From the sequence record MW845759.1: DNA of 64,000 nt; one strand, written 5' to 3'. The translations under genes were made by a program, and so were the position numbers. How positions within the stretch are numbered: the stretch's first letter is position 1; each line of letters begins with the position of its first letter. The notes under the pieces were generated by a model, which ran no database searches, had not been told where the DNA came from, and saw nothing but the letters and a program-made list of their open reading frames with translations. Below, one piece after another: positions 28,036-37,626 of the stretch.

Positions 28036-28058
28036 TTTCTTCTAACGAGGAACCCCTG

Positions 28059-29306
28059 ATGGAAGCGATTTATCAAGTGCGGTCTGACAACGCTTTCGGC
28101 TATAATCGCAGTACCCGCATTTGGGAAAATGTTGATATCACGCTGCCGATTAAGACGTTGCTCGACCAGTATCATGAAATTGAAGTCGGGATTACTGACT
28201 TTAAATCAGACCCCTTTACTTTTTTTACCCAATTGCATTTGTCTGCACTCAGTAATTTCACTGGCAACCTTCAGGCGTGGTTTACCTCGAAAGCCGGTAT
28301 TGCACTGACGACATTGAAAGCTGGTTTCCCAACGCTGGAGTTCAATCACGCTTACTACCAGTCGCTGTTCTGGGATATCGGCATCAAAACCCATATCTGT
28401 CCGCCGGGCACGCACTTCACGCAGGACTTTGCCTTGGATGACGCCACAGATGTCGTTATTGAAGTAGAGAAGGAAAGCTCTGAGCTCTACAACAACTACG
28501 CCCTGTACAACATCGACGGCTACTGGGTGCCGCACGTTTATGACGATGCGGGTGTGCGCCTTACTGCAGCCGGTAAGATTGTCAAACGCAGCGGGCGTGT
28601 GTCGGTGGGTTGTCTGGTGATGAAACATATCGCCAAAGTCAAGACCATACCGATTACAGACGATATGTTATTCCGTGTTGACAGTTCTCTGGAATGGACG
28701 TCTAACCTCCTTCTGAAGGTTGGTACAGGACTGACAGGGAAAACTGTCGGGTTGGTGATTGGTGGTGTCCTGCGCTGGCTGAAGCCCTCTCAGATACTGT
28801 CTGACACCACAGCTACCGTGTCGTTGTCCAATCTTAACCTGTTAAAGCAGCTTCTGATGTCGGATACGCATTACGACTGGGATGCGTTAGGACTGGGTGA
28901 CTTCGTCTCACCTTCATCCGTTGCCAAACTCCGCAATACGGAAACCTTACGGACGTTGCTGAAACACGAGTCGTCTTTCTTGGTGACCATCGATACCCCG
29001 TATCTGGAAATCAGTGAAGACTACGTGAACCATACTGCTAACGTCGGCATCTTCTATTACGCTGATAAAGACGGCGACAAAACCCTTGGCGTGTTAACCA
29101 ACGACCTAGGCAAATGCATCGACTATTGGCCTATCTGGGAAGAAGGGGAATGGACGCTCAACACCAATGAACTGTCCAGTCCGAACTATGTCGCTTTCAC
29201 CTCGAAGTGGCAGGGTCACCATGCGGTCAACAATGCACAACGTCACACTGACCCGTGGCGGAAACCGATGACCAAGATGTCGCAGTTCCGTGCCAGAAAA
29301 AAATAA
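28059..29306 (+). CDS. Conserved jumbo-phage hypothetical/virion structural protein
   Basis: Real start MEAIYQ at 28059 (RBS gagg); the upstream extension in the ORF track overlaps the antisense fibre gene. Confidence 0.7.
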   Translation: MEAIYQVRSDNAFGYNRSTRIWENVDITLPIKTLLDQYHEIEVGITDFKSDPFTFFTQLHLSALSNFTGNLQAWFTSKAGIALTTLKAGFPTLEFNHAYYQSLFWDIGIKTHICPPGTHFTQDFALDDATDVVIEVEKESSELYNNYALYNIDGYWVPHVYDDAGVRLTAAGKIVKRSGRVSVGCLVMKHIAKVKTIPITDDMLFRVDSSLEWTSNLLLKVGTGLTGKTVGLVIGGVLRWLKPSQILSDTTATVSLSNLNLLKQLLMSDTHYDWDALGLGDFVSPSSVAKLRNTETLRTLLKHESSFLVTIDTPYLEISEDYVNHTANVGIFYYADKDGDKTLGVLTNDLGKCIDYWPIWEEGEWTLNTNELSSPNYVAFTSKWQGHHAVNNAQRHTDPWRKPMTKMSQFRARKK

Positions 29307-29311
29307 GAGTA

Positions 29312-29349
29312 ACTACTCTCCCGATGGGAGAGTAGTGCTTTCTTTTTTT
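29312..29349. terminator. Intrinsic terminator, near copy of 5497..5537
   Basis: actactctccc-gat-gggagagtagt followed by T-tract. Confidence 0.85.
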
Positions 29350-29554
29350 ACGCGTCTGCTTTGTACACAGTTGCGTTGCCGAACATTTTGTTGTCACCGC
29401 CAGCGGCAGTAATAACGATAGCGTCGCCGCCCAGCTCGGCTGCTTTCGCTTCCAGTGCTTTCTCGACGTCATTCAGAGTAGCTTTACCAGAAACAGACAC
29501 GGTGCCGATTTCAGAGTAGCCAGCTGGTACAGAACCTTTTGCGAACTGTTGCAT
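29348..29554 (-). CDS. DUF1471 (YdgH/BhsA/McbA-like) domain protein without signal peptide
   Basis: IGTVSVSG..TL.DVEKAL..KAAELGGDAIVITAAGGDNKMFGNATVYK; RBS gagga before MQQF at 29554. Confidence 0.8.
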   Translation of the reverse strand: MQQFAKGSVPAGYSEIGTVSVSGKATLNDVEKALEAKAAELGGDAIVITAAGGDNKMFGNATVYKADA

Positions 29555-29867
29555 AACATCATCCTCAGTTGTGGGTGAACGACAAGACACAATGCCTTTC
29601 GCTCTATGTGCATACTAAGGCAAACAAAAATTAGAATTCCCCCTAGACGAGGTTGGCGCGAATCATTTATCGGCCGAAACAAGTCGTAGGGGGTATTCAT
29701 TTTTTGGTTCGCATCGGCAATCGCAATCGCGTATCGAATCCACAGGCACGCATGCCAGTAATGGGCTAATCAAAGCCTCTGTAAGTTTCAAATTGTGGGC
29801 ACTACTATTTGCACTGATTAAACAGTTCATGTTGCATATAATAGTAACCAGTGTTGTTATTGAACTT

Positions 29868-30776
29868 TTACTTCGGTTTAGACACGTCTTTACCGTCACC
29901 TTGCTCGGTGTGTACGTGCAGTGTGAAGGTAATACCAGCAATAATTGCTTCGGTAACCGTGAATGTGCCTTTACCTGTCCCTTTACCGTTATAGGTAAAG
30001 TCTTTATCCACGAGGAAGTTACCTGTCGTTTCGTGTTCAGGCGTATCGTGCGTCACTTTGGTTTTGGCTACCGTGGTTGCGGTGTCGCATTCCACTAACC
30101 ACTCTTTCGTCTTCCAGTGAATCTTATCTTTCGCCCAACCGTACACCTCATCACGGAACATGTGCATCTTGGTACCGAAGGAGTTCTCTGAACCGATATC
30201 CCCTTCTTCCGAGGCCATCCAGATTTTGTTCCCTGCATCATCCATGATAACCACTTTGGACTCTTCGGTGTCAATCTGCAAGTCGTAGCCAAACTTCTCC
30301 CCGTTCATCTTTGAAGTGTGGAGGGTGATATGTTTGTCTTCAGGTGAGAACGCCATCCAATAGGCGTTGGCCAAGTTATTAACCATTCCCCCGTTCGGGT
30401 CAGCACCAAAGGCAAAGACAACGTGCTCTAAACGCTTCACGTTCATGCAGTTCATGTCTTCCCAGTAATAGATATCCGTCTCACCTAAACGGCGCAGGTG
30501 AACTTGGTCACCTTTCTTGACGTCCGGTGAAGTCACCCGGTTACTGTTAAGATGCAGCCACGTCGCGTCAATGGTTTTACCCATGGTGACCTTCAGGTTA
30601 TCCTGAGCACCTTTCGCGTTCTTGTAGCTCATCTCAATTTCAGCTTCTTTGGTATCGATAGTTGTCGCGTTGGCGAAGTTAACCTCGATTGGGATGACCT
30701 TGATGACGTCCGTACCCCGAGCTTTATCTTCCGCAACGATACCGTAGCTGTAGGGCTTCAGTTGTGAAATTTCCAT
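29868..30776 (-). CDS. Putative baseplate central spike (gpV/gp5-like)
   Basis: OB-like N-terminus, beta-rich repeats, C-terminal GITFTLHVH (HxH metal-binding apex). Confidence 0.7.
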   Translation of the reverse strand: MEISQLKPYSYGIVAEDKARGTDVIKVIPIEVNFANATTIDTKEAEIEMSYKNAKGAQDNLKVTMGKTIDATWLHLNSNRVTSPDVKKGDQVHLRRLGETDIYYWEDMNCMNVKRLEHVVFAFGADPNGGMVNNLANAYWMAFSPEDKHITLHTSKMNGEKFGYDLQIDTEESKVVIMDDAGNKIWMASEEGDIGSENSFGTKMHMFRDEVYGWAKDKIHWKTKEWLVECDTATTVAKTKVTHDTPEHETTGNFLVDKDFTYNGKGTGKGTFTVTEAIIAGITFTLHVHTEQGDGKDVSKPK

Positions 30777-30818
30777 TAGTCACCTCGTTGTACGTTACAT
30801 AGTAAATCTTTTCTCTTA

Positions 30819-30850
30819 TTTTTTACGTTACCACCCTAGGTTATAGAGGG
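30819..30850 (+). promoter_or_regulatory. Candidate phage promoter, class 2 (TTTTTACGTTA-N-CCTA-N-TATAG)
   Basis: Motif recurs at about 34593, 46064 and 60238, each just 5' of a plus-strand gene block. Confidence 0.45.
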
Positions 30851-30970
30851 ATACGTGAAAGACGGTTTCTGGGGAGAGGGGGCTTTTAATACACGGAGCG
30901 TAGCGACATCCTTGTTCTTAATGTTTTCATCTAGCCTTCCTCCTTATCCTTCTTTTTCTAATGAATTTAT

Positions 30971-30997
30971 TTTCAGATATATATTACCTACGTGATA
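30971..30997 (+). promoter_or_regulatory. Candidate early (virion RNAP) promoter, class 1
   Basis: tttcagataTATATTACctacgtgata contains the phiKZ early consensus TATATTAC; near copy at 37578. Confidence 0.65.
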
Positions 30998-31075
30998 AGG
31001 ACCTTGTGTTCTTTAACTCCCCGCTTTCCTTTAGTGAATTGACCGGGGCTCTGAGACTACTGTGAGGATTTAAGC

Positions 31076-32134
31076 ATGACTAATGTAAAACTGACCAACG
31101 GCATCGCATCCCTGCTGAACCGTTTAGCGGATAAACAACTCGACATCAACGACCTCGCCAAAGAACTGGCGGTTGTCCTGTCGGATGTCGACGACCGTAA
31201 CTGGGTTGTGGCAGAAGTCCCGACTATCTCCCAACTGAACTGGCTTGCCGAATGGGTGGGTTCCAATCATGGGATTGATATTACTCAACCCGGTACTGGG
31301 ACAGCTTTGTCTAACACATTGCAAGGCGTGTCCGATTCTATCTACGCCAATTACGGCGAAGGGAAGCCGGTATGGGCGGCCTACTACGCCGGTAAGAAAC
31401 TGCTGATTAAACAGACCATCCGTGGAGAGGTTCTGTACGCCGCGGTACTCGAACAGCGTGAAGCTGACAAACAGGAGTTAGTGCAGATACCGGACGGTCG
31501 TTTCAATGGTCATTTGCTGGCGCTACGTGACCGCGTAAAAGACAGCTACACAGATTTAGCTACCCGCAGTGTGGTGCGAGAAGCGTTGGTACATGCAATT
31601 AATCGCAGTACCAACATGCGGTGGAAACTGACAGAGGTGCAACTGTCTGCGGATGGGATGATTGAAGGCGTGTTCGCCGCCACTTTCCCTTCAGATGACG
31701 TGTTACACACGTTAGCGAAATATGTTCGCGATGGGGTGCAGGAGTTCTACAGCACAAAAATCACTGTAATCCCGTCGATGAAAACTGGCATGGTCGGCAT
31801 GGCCCGGTGCATGGAAGTATGTTTGGAAGCACGCGACACAGATATGGTCTATCGCGTCAAAGCTTTAATGACGCTGGACGATGTGGACATGTTCGACATG
31901 GTTGACAACGCTCCCACACCGAGCTTGTCTGACCAACACATTTTAGAAACAATTCCAGACTCGGGTGACCGGAGCCGTAATGAGCCGGTGTATCTGATGT
32001 CGGCGAAAGCCACACGCTCTTTATTAGACGGCCGTTTACTCGACCGTTCCCTTGACGACATTCGCCGTGTCGCAAAGCAGCAGGGGTGGAGCGATGTGCA
32101 AGCGTTTGGACAGCAACTGCTGTTCTCATGCTAA
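31076..32134 (+). CDS. Hypothetical protein
   Basis: 352-aa ORF with RBS, first gene after class-1 promoter. Confidence 0.75.
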   Translation: MTNVKLTNGIASLLNRLADKQLDINDLAKELAVVLSDVDDRNWVVAEVPTISQLNWLAEWVGSNHGIDITQPGTGTALSNTLQGVSDSIYANYGEGKPVWAAYYAGKKLLIKQTIRGEVLYAAVLEQREADKQELVQIPDGRFNGHLLALRDRVKDSYTDLATRSVVREALVHAINRSTNMRWKLTEVQLSADGMIEGVFAATFPSDDVLHTLAKYVRDGVQEFYSTKITVIPSMKTGMVGMARCMEVCLEARDTDMVYRVKALMTLDDVDMFDMVDNAPTPSLSDQHILETIPDSGDRSRNEPVYLMSAKATRSLLDGRLLDRSLDDIRRVAKQQGWSDVQAFGQQLLFSC

Positions 32135-32210
32135 AACTATAAGTTGTATCACTGGGGGTGTCCATGCCACCCCCTACTTTAGAATTCGTTGCCTTAAAGA
32201 GGTACCAAGT

Positions 32211-32498
32211 ATGTTTGACTTTATTAATAAACTGATTATCGCCGCGTCTCTTTCCAGTAAGGAATCTGCCGCCTACCTCCGTGCGAACACTGAGCTCGGA
32301 CGTTGGCTTCTCCGCCGCGACAATCGTATCGATTTAGATAAAGTTCAACGTTTAGTCAATGAAGACTACGACGTTCGGTTTATTACCCGCCACCCTGAAT
32401 CCCACGTGGCGCTGCGTGATGCTAACACTAAAACCGGCGACGTTGTCGTTATCAAACATAACGGGACGGAGTTCGAATACGAATACCGCCTCGAATAA
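32211..32498 (+). CDS. Hypothetical protein
   Basis: Start MFDFINK at 32211, RBS gagg. Confidence 0.65.
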   Translation: MFDFINKLIIAASLSSKESAAYLRANTELGRWLLRRDNRIDLDKVQRLVNEDYDVRFITRHPESHVALRDANTKTGDVVVIKHNGTEFEYEYRLE

Positions 32499-32525
32499 AA
32501 TTTAATTTTAATCGGAGTGTGTAAG

Positions 32526-33095
32526 ATGAATCATAAGCTGAACTTTAGTCGTTCTCTGGCGGTGCGTACCACTGTCGAGGATTATTCTGCTACGGAGCTG
32601 TGCGCTTTAATGAAGTCTATTGAAGTTAGTAACTCTGCAAGAGTAGTGGCCCTTAATGGCACACGTGAAATGCTGGAAGCCGTCTTAAACACTCCGCAAC
32701 TTAACTATTATCTGCGTTGTAACTATAAGGCAGTGATCGATGCTGTTGAAATGGGACGCTGTAGCTTTAAACAATGGGACGCTCCTGCCCGTGCAACGGT
32801 GGTGGTGACTGACCATCCACAAGGCGCACGAGTAAGCATTCTGGGCACCGAGATGTCGGTGGTTGTTCCAGATGGTTTTGTGGAGAAGTATACTGTGGAG
32901 CAAAACAGTGTGGACGGGGTCTTCTTGGACTCTGACCGCTTTGATTTTGTCTTCGCCTTCCCTGCGGCTGTTTCTTGCTACCACCCACTTATCAAAATGT
33001 TGCGCGAAGCGTCACAGCACCTCGAGTGTATTGACAGCTTCCGTTCTATAGACACGTTAGGACAAACGGAGAGCGCTCTGCGTCTATTTGCCTAA
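32526..33095 (+). CDS. Hypothetical protein
   Basis: Start MNHKL, RBS ggag. Confidence 0.7.
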   Translation: MNHKLNFSRSLAVRTTVEDYSATELCALMKSIEVSNSARVVALNGTREMLEAVLNTPQLNYYLRCNYKAVIDAVEMGRCSFKQWDAPARATVVVTDHPQGARVSILGTEMSVVVPDGFVEKYTVEQNSVDGVFLDSDRFDFVFAFPAAVSCYHPLIKMLREASQHLECIDSFRSIDTLGQTESALRLFA

Positions 33096-33120
33096 CCTCG
33101 GCACCATCTGAGGAGTAATT

Positions 33121-33633
33121 ATGTTTAACCTTACCCGTATGAACAAAGTATCCCCTGCACAATTAGCAGCAATGGCGTCCACGCTGTGCCAGATGCAGGA
33201 TTTAGAGCTGCGTATCTTAAACGGTACCGGCAGTATTGAGAAGGCAGCACGCCAAATCAATATCCGTCTGTACACCGCAGCGCAACGAAGTGGTGCATTC
33301 CATAAATCGTTGTTTGCATTACCGATGGTTACCGCGTACAGCGACAACCACGGTTTGCCGTTCAATCGGGACTTCCCCCTGCAGTTGAACCTGTGTCAGT
33401 TCGTGGCGTACAAACCGCTGTTCGGGGATGTACGTATCCGTAACTTACAAACCGGTGAAGAGTTTGTGACCTCTAACCGGGGAATTCCGCTCATGGAGAA
33501 GTTTGGGGAAATACTGGTGTTCAACGGGGCAAGGGTCCTTAACAACACTCCGTACGAAGACATTACTGGCACTTACTACCCAGCCAATCCCGTTAAAGAA
33601 GTTGAAGAAGACGACGAACTGGTAATGGGTTAA
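33121..33633 (+). CDS. Hypothetical protein
   Basis: 170 aa, RBS gaggag. Confidence 0.75.
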   Translation: MFNLTRMNKVSPAQLAAMASTLCQMQDLELRILNGTGSIEKAARQINIRLYTAAQRSGAFHKSLFALPMVTAYSDNHGLPFNRDFPLQLNLCQFVAYKPLFGDVRIRNLQTGEEFVTSNRGIPLMEKFGEILVFNGARVLNNTPYEDITGTYYPANPVKEVEEDDELVMG

Positions 33634-33664
33634 ACGTGCCCAACGTTAGGTTCATGGTGAACCG

Positions 33665-33695
33665 GGAGGACAGGGAACTGTCCTCCTCTTTTTTT
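33665..33695 (+). terminator. Intrinsic terminator
   Basis: ggaggacag-ggaa-ctgtcctcc plus T-tract. Confidence 0.85.
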
Positions 33696-33720
33696 CTAAT
33701 ATTAAAATTGTGGAGCAAAC

Positions 33721-34557
33721 ATGACTGGTAATAATTTAGGTAATCGCGAAATTTTTGGTATGCACGCATTTGCACGCTCATCTGGCTACGACAACCAGCG
33801 CCAGCGAATGATTGCAAAGGCGATGGGGTCTTTAATTATATCAGTGTTGTCTGACCCGAGCTTACCTCTGGGTGGGTCAGTCAAAACCAGCGGGAACGGT
33901 AAGGTTGAAATACTGACCAGTGACGAGCTGGAATATTTCCTCACGACCAAAGAAACTGAACCTGCGAAATATTTCAAGGATCTTTTCCAGCACAAAGAAA
34001 TGCCGGCTTATGTACTGACGGAAAGTCGGTTGGTGAGTGGACCTGCACCTGCTACTATGTTAGCCGCGTACACAGAGGTGTATAAAAAGACCCTTATCAT
34101 TTCTATTGTAGGTATGGCGGGTAAAACATTCCATTGTGATGAAAACGACATGTGTACAGAAGAAGAATTTAGCGAGCTTCTAACCTGCATCATGTTCTTT
34201 GGTCCTGCCGCGAAACTCAGAACCGTCCCTCGTAAAGCGTATAAAGTTTTACGTGAATTGATGGTCGAGCCGCTGGCGCACTTTGAACCACGTCTTGACA
34301 ATCTACTGGACGTGATTAACGCAGCCCGCGCTGACATTGACCATAAAGTTGGTTTTGAGGGGCGTGCCAAATTATTAAGCGCGCCGCTGGCACTGGCAAT
34401 TGCATCTCTCGGCGATGTTACTAAACGCCGCGACCTGATATCTTGGATTACGTCTGAGGCTACTCGTGACCGTGCTGCGTTTTTCGCTGCCTGTGAACTT
34501 TTGAATGTTAGCATCAAGTGCGGCGACGGTGAGCTGACAGTGACGTACGAAGATTAA
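33721..34557 (+). CDS. Hypothetical protein
   Basis: 278 aa, RBS ggag. Confidence 0.75.
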   Translation: MTGNNLGNREIFGMHAFARSSGYDNQRQRMIAKAMGSLIISVLSDPSLPLGGSVKTSGNGKVEILTSDELEYFLTTKETEPAKYFKDLFQHKEMPAYVLTESRLVSGPAPATMLAAYTEVYKKTLIISIVGMAGKTFHCDENDMCTEEEFSELLTCIMFFGPAAKLRTVPRKAYKVLRELMVEPLAHFEPRLDNLLDVINAARADIDHKVGFEGRAKLLSAPLALAIASLGDVTKRRDLISWITSEATRDRAAFFAACELLNVSIKCGDGELTVTYED

Positions 34558-34564
34558 AAGAATC

Positions 34565-34589
34565 GGGTCTTCGGACCCTTTCTTTTTTT
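34565..34589 (+). terminator. Intrinsic terminator
   Basis: gggtc-ttcg-gaccc plus T-tract. Confidence 0.8.
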
Positions 34590-34592
34590 GTC

Positions 34593-34622
34593 TTTTTTAC
34601 GTTAGAGACCTAAAGTATAGGG
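34593..34622 (+). promoter_or_regulatory. Candidate phage promoter, class 2
   Basis: ttttttacgttagagacctaaagtatagggt between terminator and sbcC-like gene. Confidence 0.45.
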
Positions 34623-34641
34623 TAACTTATCGGTACTAAAA

Positions 34642-37152
34642 ATGTTCAAAGTAAACCGTATTAAGCTTAAAGGGTTCACGGGAATGGCGCTGCACGATGT
34701 TGCAGAATTCGACTTCTCGATTAAAACCCCTATCACTATTATTCTCGGCGGGAACGGAAGCGGCAAGACCAGTTTACTTTCTGTCTACTTTCCGGTCTGC
34801 CCCCCAAAGGAAGATTTAAAAGACGGCGGGTCGTACACCAACTATTGCCAGATGGATGACGTGCGCTATAAATGCTACGTTAAACGTACGGGCGGCACAC
34901 TGCATTGTTCTATCACGAACCTCGAGACTAACGAGGAAATCGTTTCTAAGGTCAACCCGAAAGTTTATAACGCGAACATCGAAGACCTGTTCGGTTTAAC
35001 CAAAGAACGTAAAGACCTGCTGAACGGTGAGAGCATACTGACTCGTGCAGGCACCTCACAACGTCGTCAGTGGTTCACCATGCTGTCGACTTCCAACCTG
35101 ACCTACGCATTGGGTTTCTATACGCGTCTGCGTAAGCACCTGACTGCGCTGGGTAATCAGGCGGATTATGTTCGTGGTAAGATTGCCGAAACCAAAGTCC
35201 GTGTCGTCGAAGACGAGACAGAGCGTTTGCAATTAGAAGAACGCTTAAAAGTGCTTGAAGCTGAAATCAGTAAGCTGGCGGCATCGTTAGCAAGCACCCC
35301 AGCAACTGACCCGAACGTCGATGAGAATTATATTCGTCATCTATTAGCGCAGTGTGCAGATGTCAGTAAGTTTGTCGTCGGTGGTCAAGCGATTCCCGTG
35401 CAGGATGATATCGACAGTGCCCAGTTAACCATCCAGAACTTGAATGCGTCTATTCAATCGTGGGGCGCGGTGTATACCGAACGTAACAAAGCCCTGTCTG
35501 CATTGATGGATGAAGAAGCCCGTCAGCAGTATCTGATGCGTAACCATTCGGGACTGAAAGAGCAACTCGTCCAATTGACCGCGACGGTGCAGCAGTACGA
35601 AGCGCGGGACTACCTGTTCAAGTCGCTGTTTGATGTGCAGCTTACTATCGATGAGTTGAAATCAGCTAACGACGCGGCTCGTGACTTTGCTCATACCCTG
35701 CAGACGAATGTCGATGCACTGACTACCCGTGAAACGATTCGCTCTATTCAGGAGTCGTTGATTCCGATTGAGAACCGGATTACGGAACTGTCTGGTAAGG
35801 TGGTGACATTAGAACGCTTGCTGGCAGAAGACCAAGCGATGTTGCAGCACATTCGCGACACTGACGAAGTGAGTTGTCCAAACTGTTCTCACACTTTTAA
35901 GCCGGGTGTGGGTAAATTAACGGAAACTGATTTGCAGCAGCGTATTCTCGCGGGTACGAATCACATCACCGTTCACACGACCGAAATTAATGGCCAACGT
36001 CGTGAACAGACTGCGCTGTTAGACGAAATGAAACGTCTGCAAGCCATCCGTGAAATCGTCATGACCTATTCGCGTGACCGTGTACTGTCCATCCTCTTTA
36101 AGAAACTGACAGAGGAAGGGGCGTTTCGTGAGAACCGTTCGAAGTTCGGCGGGATTGTTACGGCGTTCTTTGATGAAGTCACTGAAGCGACACATTACTT
36201 GCGGGAAAAACTCCAGCTGGAGAAGACTCGTGAGGAGTGGGCAGAGATTGCACGGGCACAGGGTAATGTCGACACCACACTGGAAGCACGGCTGGCTGTA
36301 CAACGTGATGCAGTAAATGAAGCACTGCAATCCAAGTACAATGTCGAAGGTTCTCTCAAGCACGCACAGGCACAACTCGACAGTCTACTGCGTACCAAAG
36401 CAGCAGTAGAGAATTTCAAAGTGTTGGAAGGTCGTTTAGAATCAGCAATGCGTCTGTATTCAAACAACCTTGCGGTCAAAGAAGTCGAGGACTTCCGCGA
36501 CATGCGCTGGGACCAGTATTCGGTTGCCCGTGAACGCTACCGTTTAATGCAACAGGAGCTGGACAAACTCGCGGAACTTGAGAAAGAGCTGGAGCGGTTA
36601 TTAAAGCACCAACACACTGCCAAGTTAATGGTCACCAGTTTCTCTCCGGAGAAAGGGGTATTGCGTCGTCACTTCTTTAACTCGATTGCGCGCGTCACCG
36701 AGATGATGTCGAGTTATATTGAACACGTCTGGGCGTACCCGATGCAGGTGCTGCCGTGCGACATGTCAGAAGGGGATTTGGACTACCGTTTCCCGTATCG
36801 CCTGAAAGACAATCCAGAACCAGTGTTCGATATCTGCAAAGGGTCAGCGGCACAGCGGGATATCTTTGACTTGACCTTCCGTTTAACGGCGTACCGTTGC
36901 CTCGGTCTGAAACAGTATCCGTTGCTGTTAGACGAACCGGGTGCCACCTTCGATGAAGCACACCGTAATGAACTGGTGGACTTCTTGAAAATGCTGTTAA
37001 ACTCCGATGAGTTCTCACAAATCATCGTGATTTCTCACAACTCGGAAGTTCACTCTAAACTCGTAGGTGCCGATTATTGCGTACTGGAATCGGAAGGGAT
37101 TACCCCTCCACCGGTTTATAATCAGAACGTGAAAATAACTTATACCGATTAA
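34642..37152 (+). CDS. sbcC: SbcC/Rad50-like SMC ATPase
   Basis: Walker A GGNGSGKTS, long coiled coils, Zn-hook CPNC, signature GSAAQ, Walker B LLLDEP, H-loop ISH. Confidence 0.9.
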   Translation: MFKVNRIKLKGFTGMALHDVAEFDFSIKTPITIILGGNGSGKTSLLSVYFPVCPPKEDLKDGGSYTNYCQMDDVRYKCYVKRTGGTLHCSITNLETNEEIVSKVNPKVYNANIEDLFGLTKERKDLLNGESILTRAGTSQRRQWFTMLSTSNLTYALGFYTRLRKHLTALGNQADYVRGKIAETKVRVVEDETERLQLEERLKVLEAEISKLAASLASTPATDPNVDENYIRHLLAQCADVSKFVVGGQAIPVQDDIDSAQLTIQNLNASIQSWGAVYTERNKALSALMDEEARQQYLMRNHSGLKEQLVQLTATVQQYEARDYLFKSLFDVQLTIDELKSANDAARDFAHTLQTNVDALTTRETIRSIQESLIPIENRITELSGKVVTLERLLAEDQAMLQHIRDTDEVSCPNCSHTFKPGVGKLTETDLQQRILAGTNHITVHTTEINGQRREQTALLDEMKRLQAIREIVMTYSRDRVLSILFKKLTEEGAFRENRSKFGGIVTAFFDEVTEATHYLREKLQLEKTREEWAEIARAQGNVDTTLEARLAVQRDAVNEALQSKYNVEGSLKHAQAQLDSLLRTKAAVENFKVLEGRLESAMRLYSNNLAVKEVEDFRDMRWDQYSVARERYRLMQQELDKLAELEKELERLLKHQHTAKLMVTSFSPEKGVLRRHFFNSIARVTEMMSSYIEHVWAYPMQVLPCDMSEGDLDYRFPYRLKDNPEPVFDICKGSAAQRDIFDLTFRLTAYRCLGLKQYPLLLDEPGATFDEAHRNELVDFLKMLLNSDEFSQIIVISHNSEVHSKLVGADYCVLESEGITPPPVYNQNVKITYTD

Positions 37153-37161
37153 GGAGCTATC

Positions 37162-37491
37162 ATGGGTGGGGCCGTTGTCATCGTAACGACGGCTGCTGCT
37201 AACGCGGCAGCCAGTGCATCCATTGCAGCCAGTAATGCAGCCAACAACTTCAGATACTCCGGTGCCGATGGGGACGTCGGGCTGGAAATGGTGTTTGTCA
37301 TTTTGTTTATGCTGGTTCTCATTGGTGGCGGTGTGCGTGTTACTGACTCAAAATGGGAACGTGACTGGGCGCGGGGACATGACCATGCAAAGTACGTGCA
37401 CTTTCACAATCAAATGGTTTTACGGGGTGTGTGCTTAGCCATTGCGTTGAGCATCATTGCTATTCTTGGCATTTTAACGGTGGCACTATAA
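37162..37491 (+). CDS. Membrane protein (two TM segments, Ala-rich N-terminus)
   Basis: Two hydrophobic stretches; RBS aaggag. Confidence 0.7.
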   Translation: MGGAVVIVTTAAANAAASASIAASNAANNFRYSGADGDVGLEMVFVILFMLVLIGGGVRVTDSKWERDWARGHDHAKYVHFHNQMVLRGVCLAIALSIIAILGILTVAL

Positions 37492-37577
37492 TGAATATCA
37501 TGACTCTGGTAGGACGTGTGATTAAAGCAATTATCCGTTCCATGTTCACACGGAAGAAAGAGCAACAAGAAAAATAA
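37491..37577 (+). CDS. 28-aa small protein not in ORF track
   Basis: TAATG overlap; MNIMTLVGRVIKAIIRSMFTRKKEQQEK, amphipathic and basic. Confidence 0.45.
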   Translation: MNIMTLVGRVIKAIIRSMFTRKKEQQEK

Positions 37578-37604
37578 TTTCAGATATATATCATCTTCAT
37601 GCTA
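37578..37604 (+). promoter_or_regulatory. Candidate early promoter, class 1
   Basis: tttcagatatatatcatcttcatgcta; first 14 nt identical to 30971. Confidence 0.6.
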
Positions 37605-37626
37605 ATCAATCCATTTGGAGTTAATC

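Noticed and set aside
27759-28058. 100-codon N-terminal extension of the 515-aa ORF
   Set aside because: It overlaps the start of the antisense fibre gene; a good RBS and ATG at 28059 explain the gene.
34642-37152. Long coiled coil read as a tape-measure protein
   Set aside because: Walker A/B, signature and CPNC hook identify an SbcC/Rad50-type ATPase.
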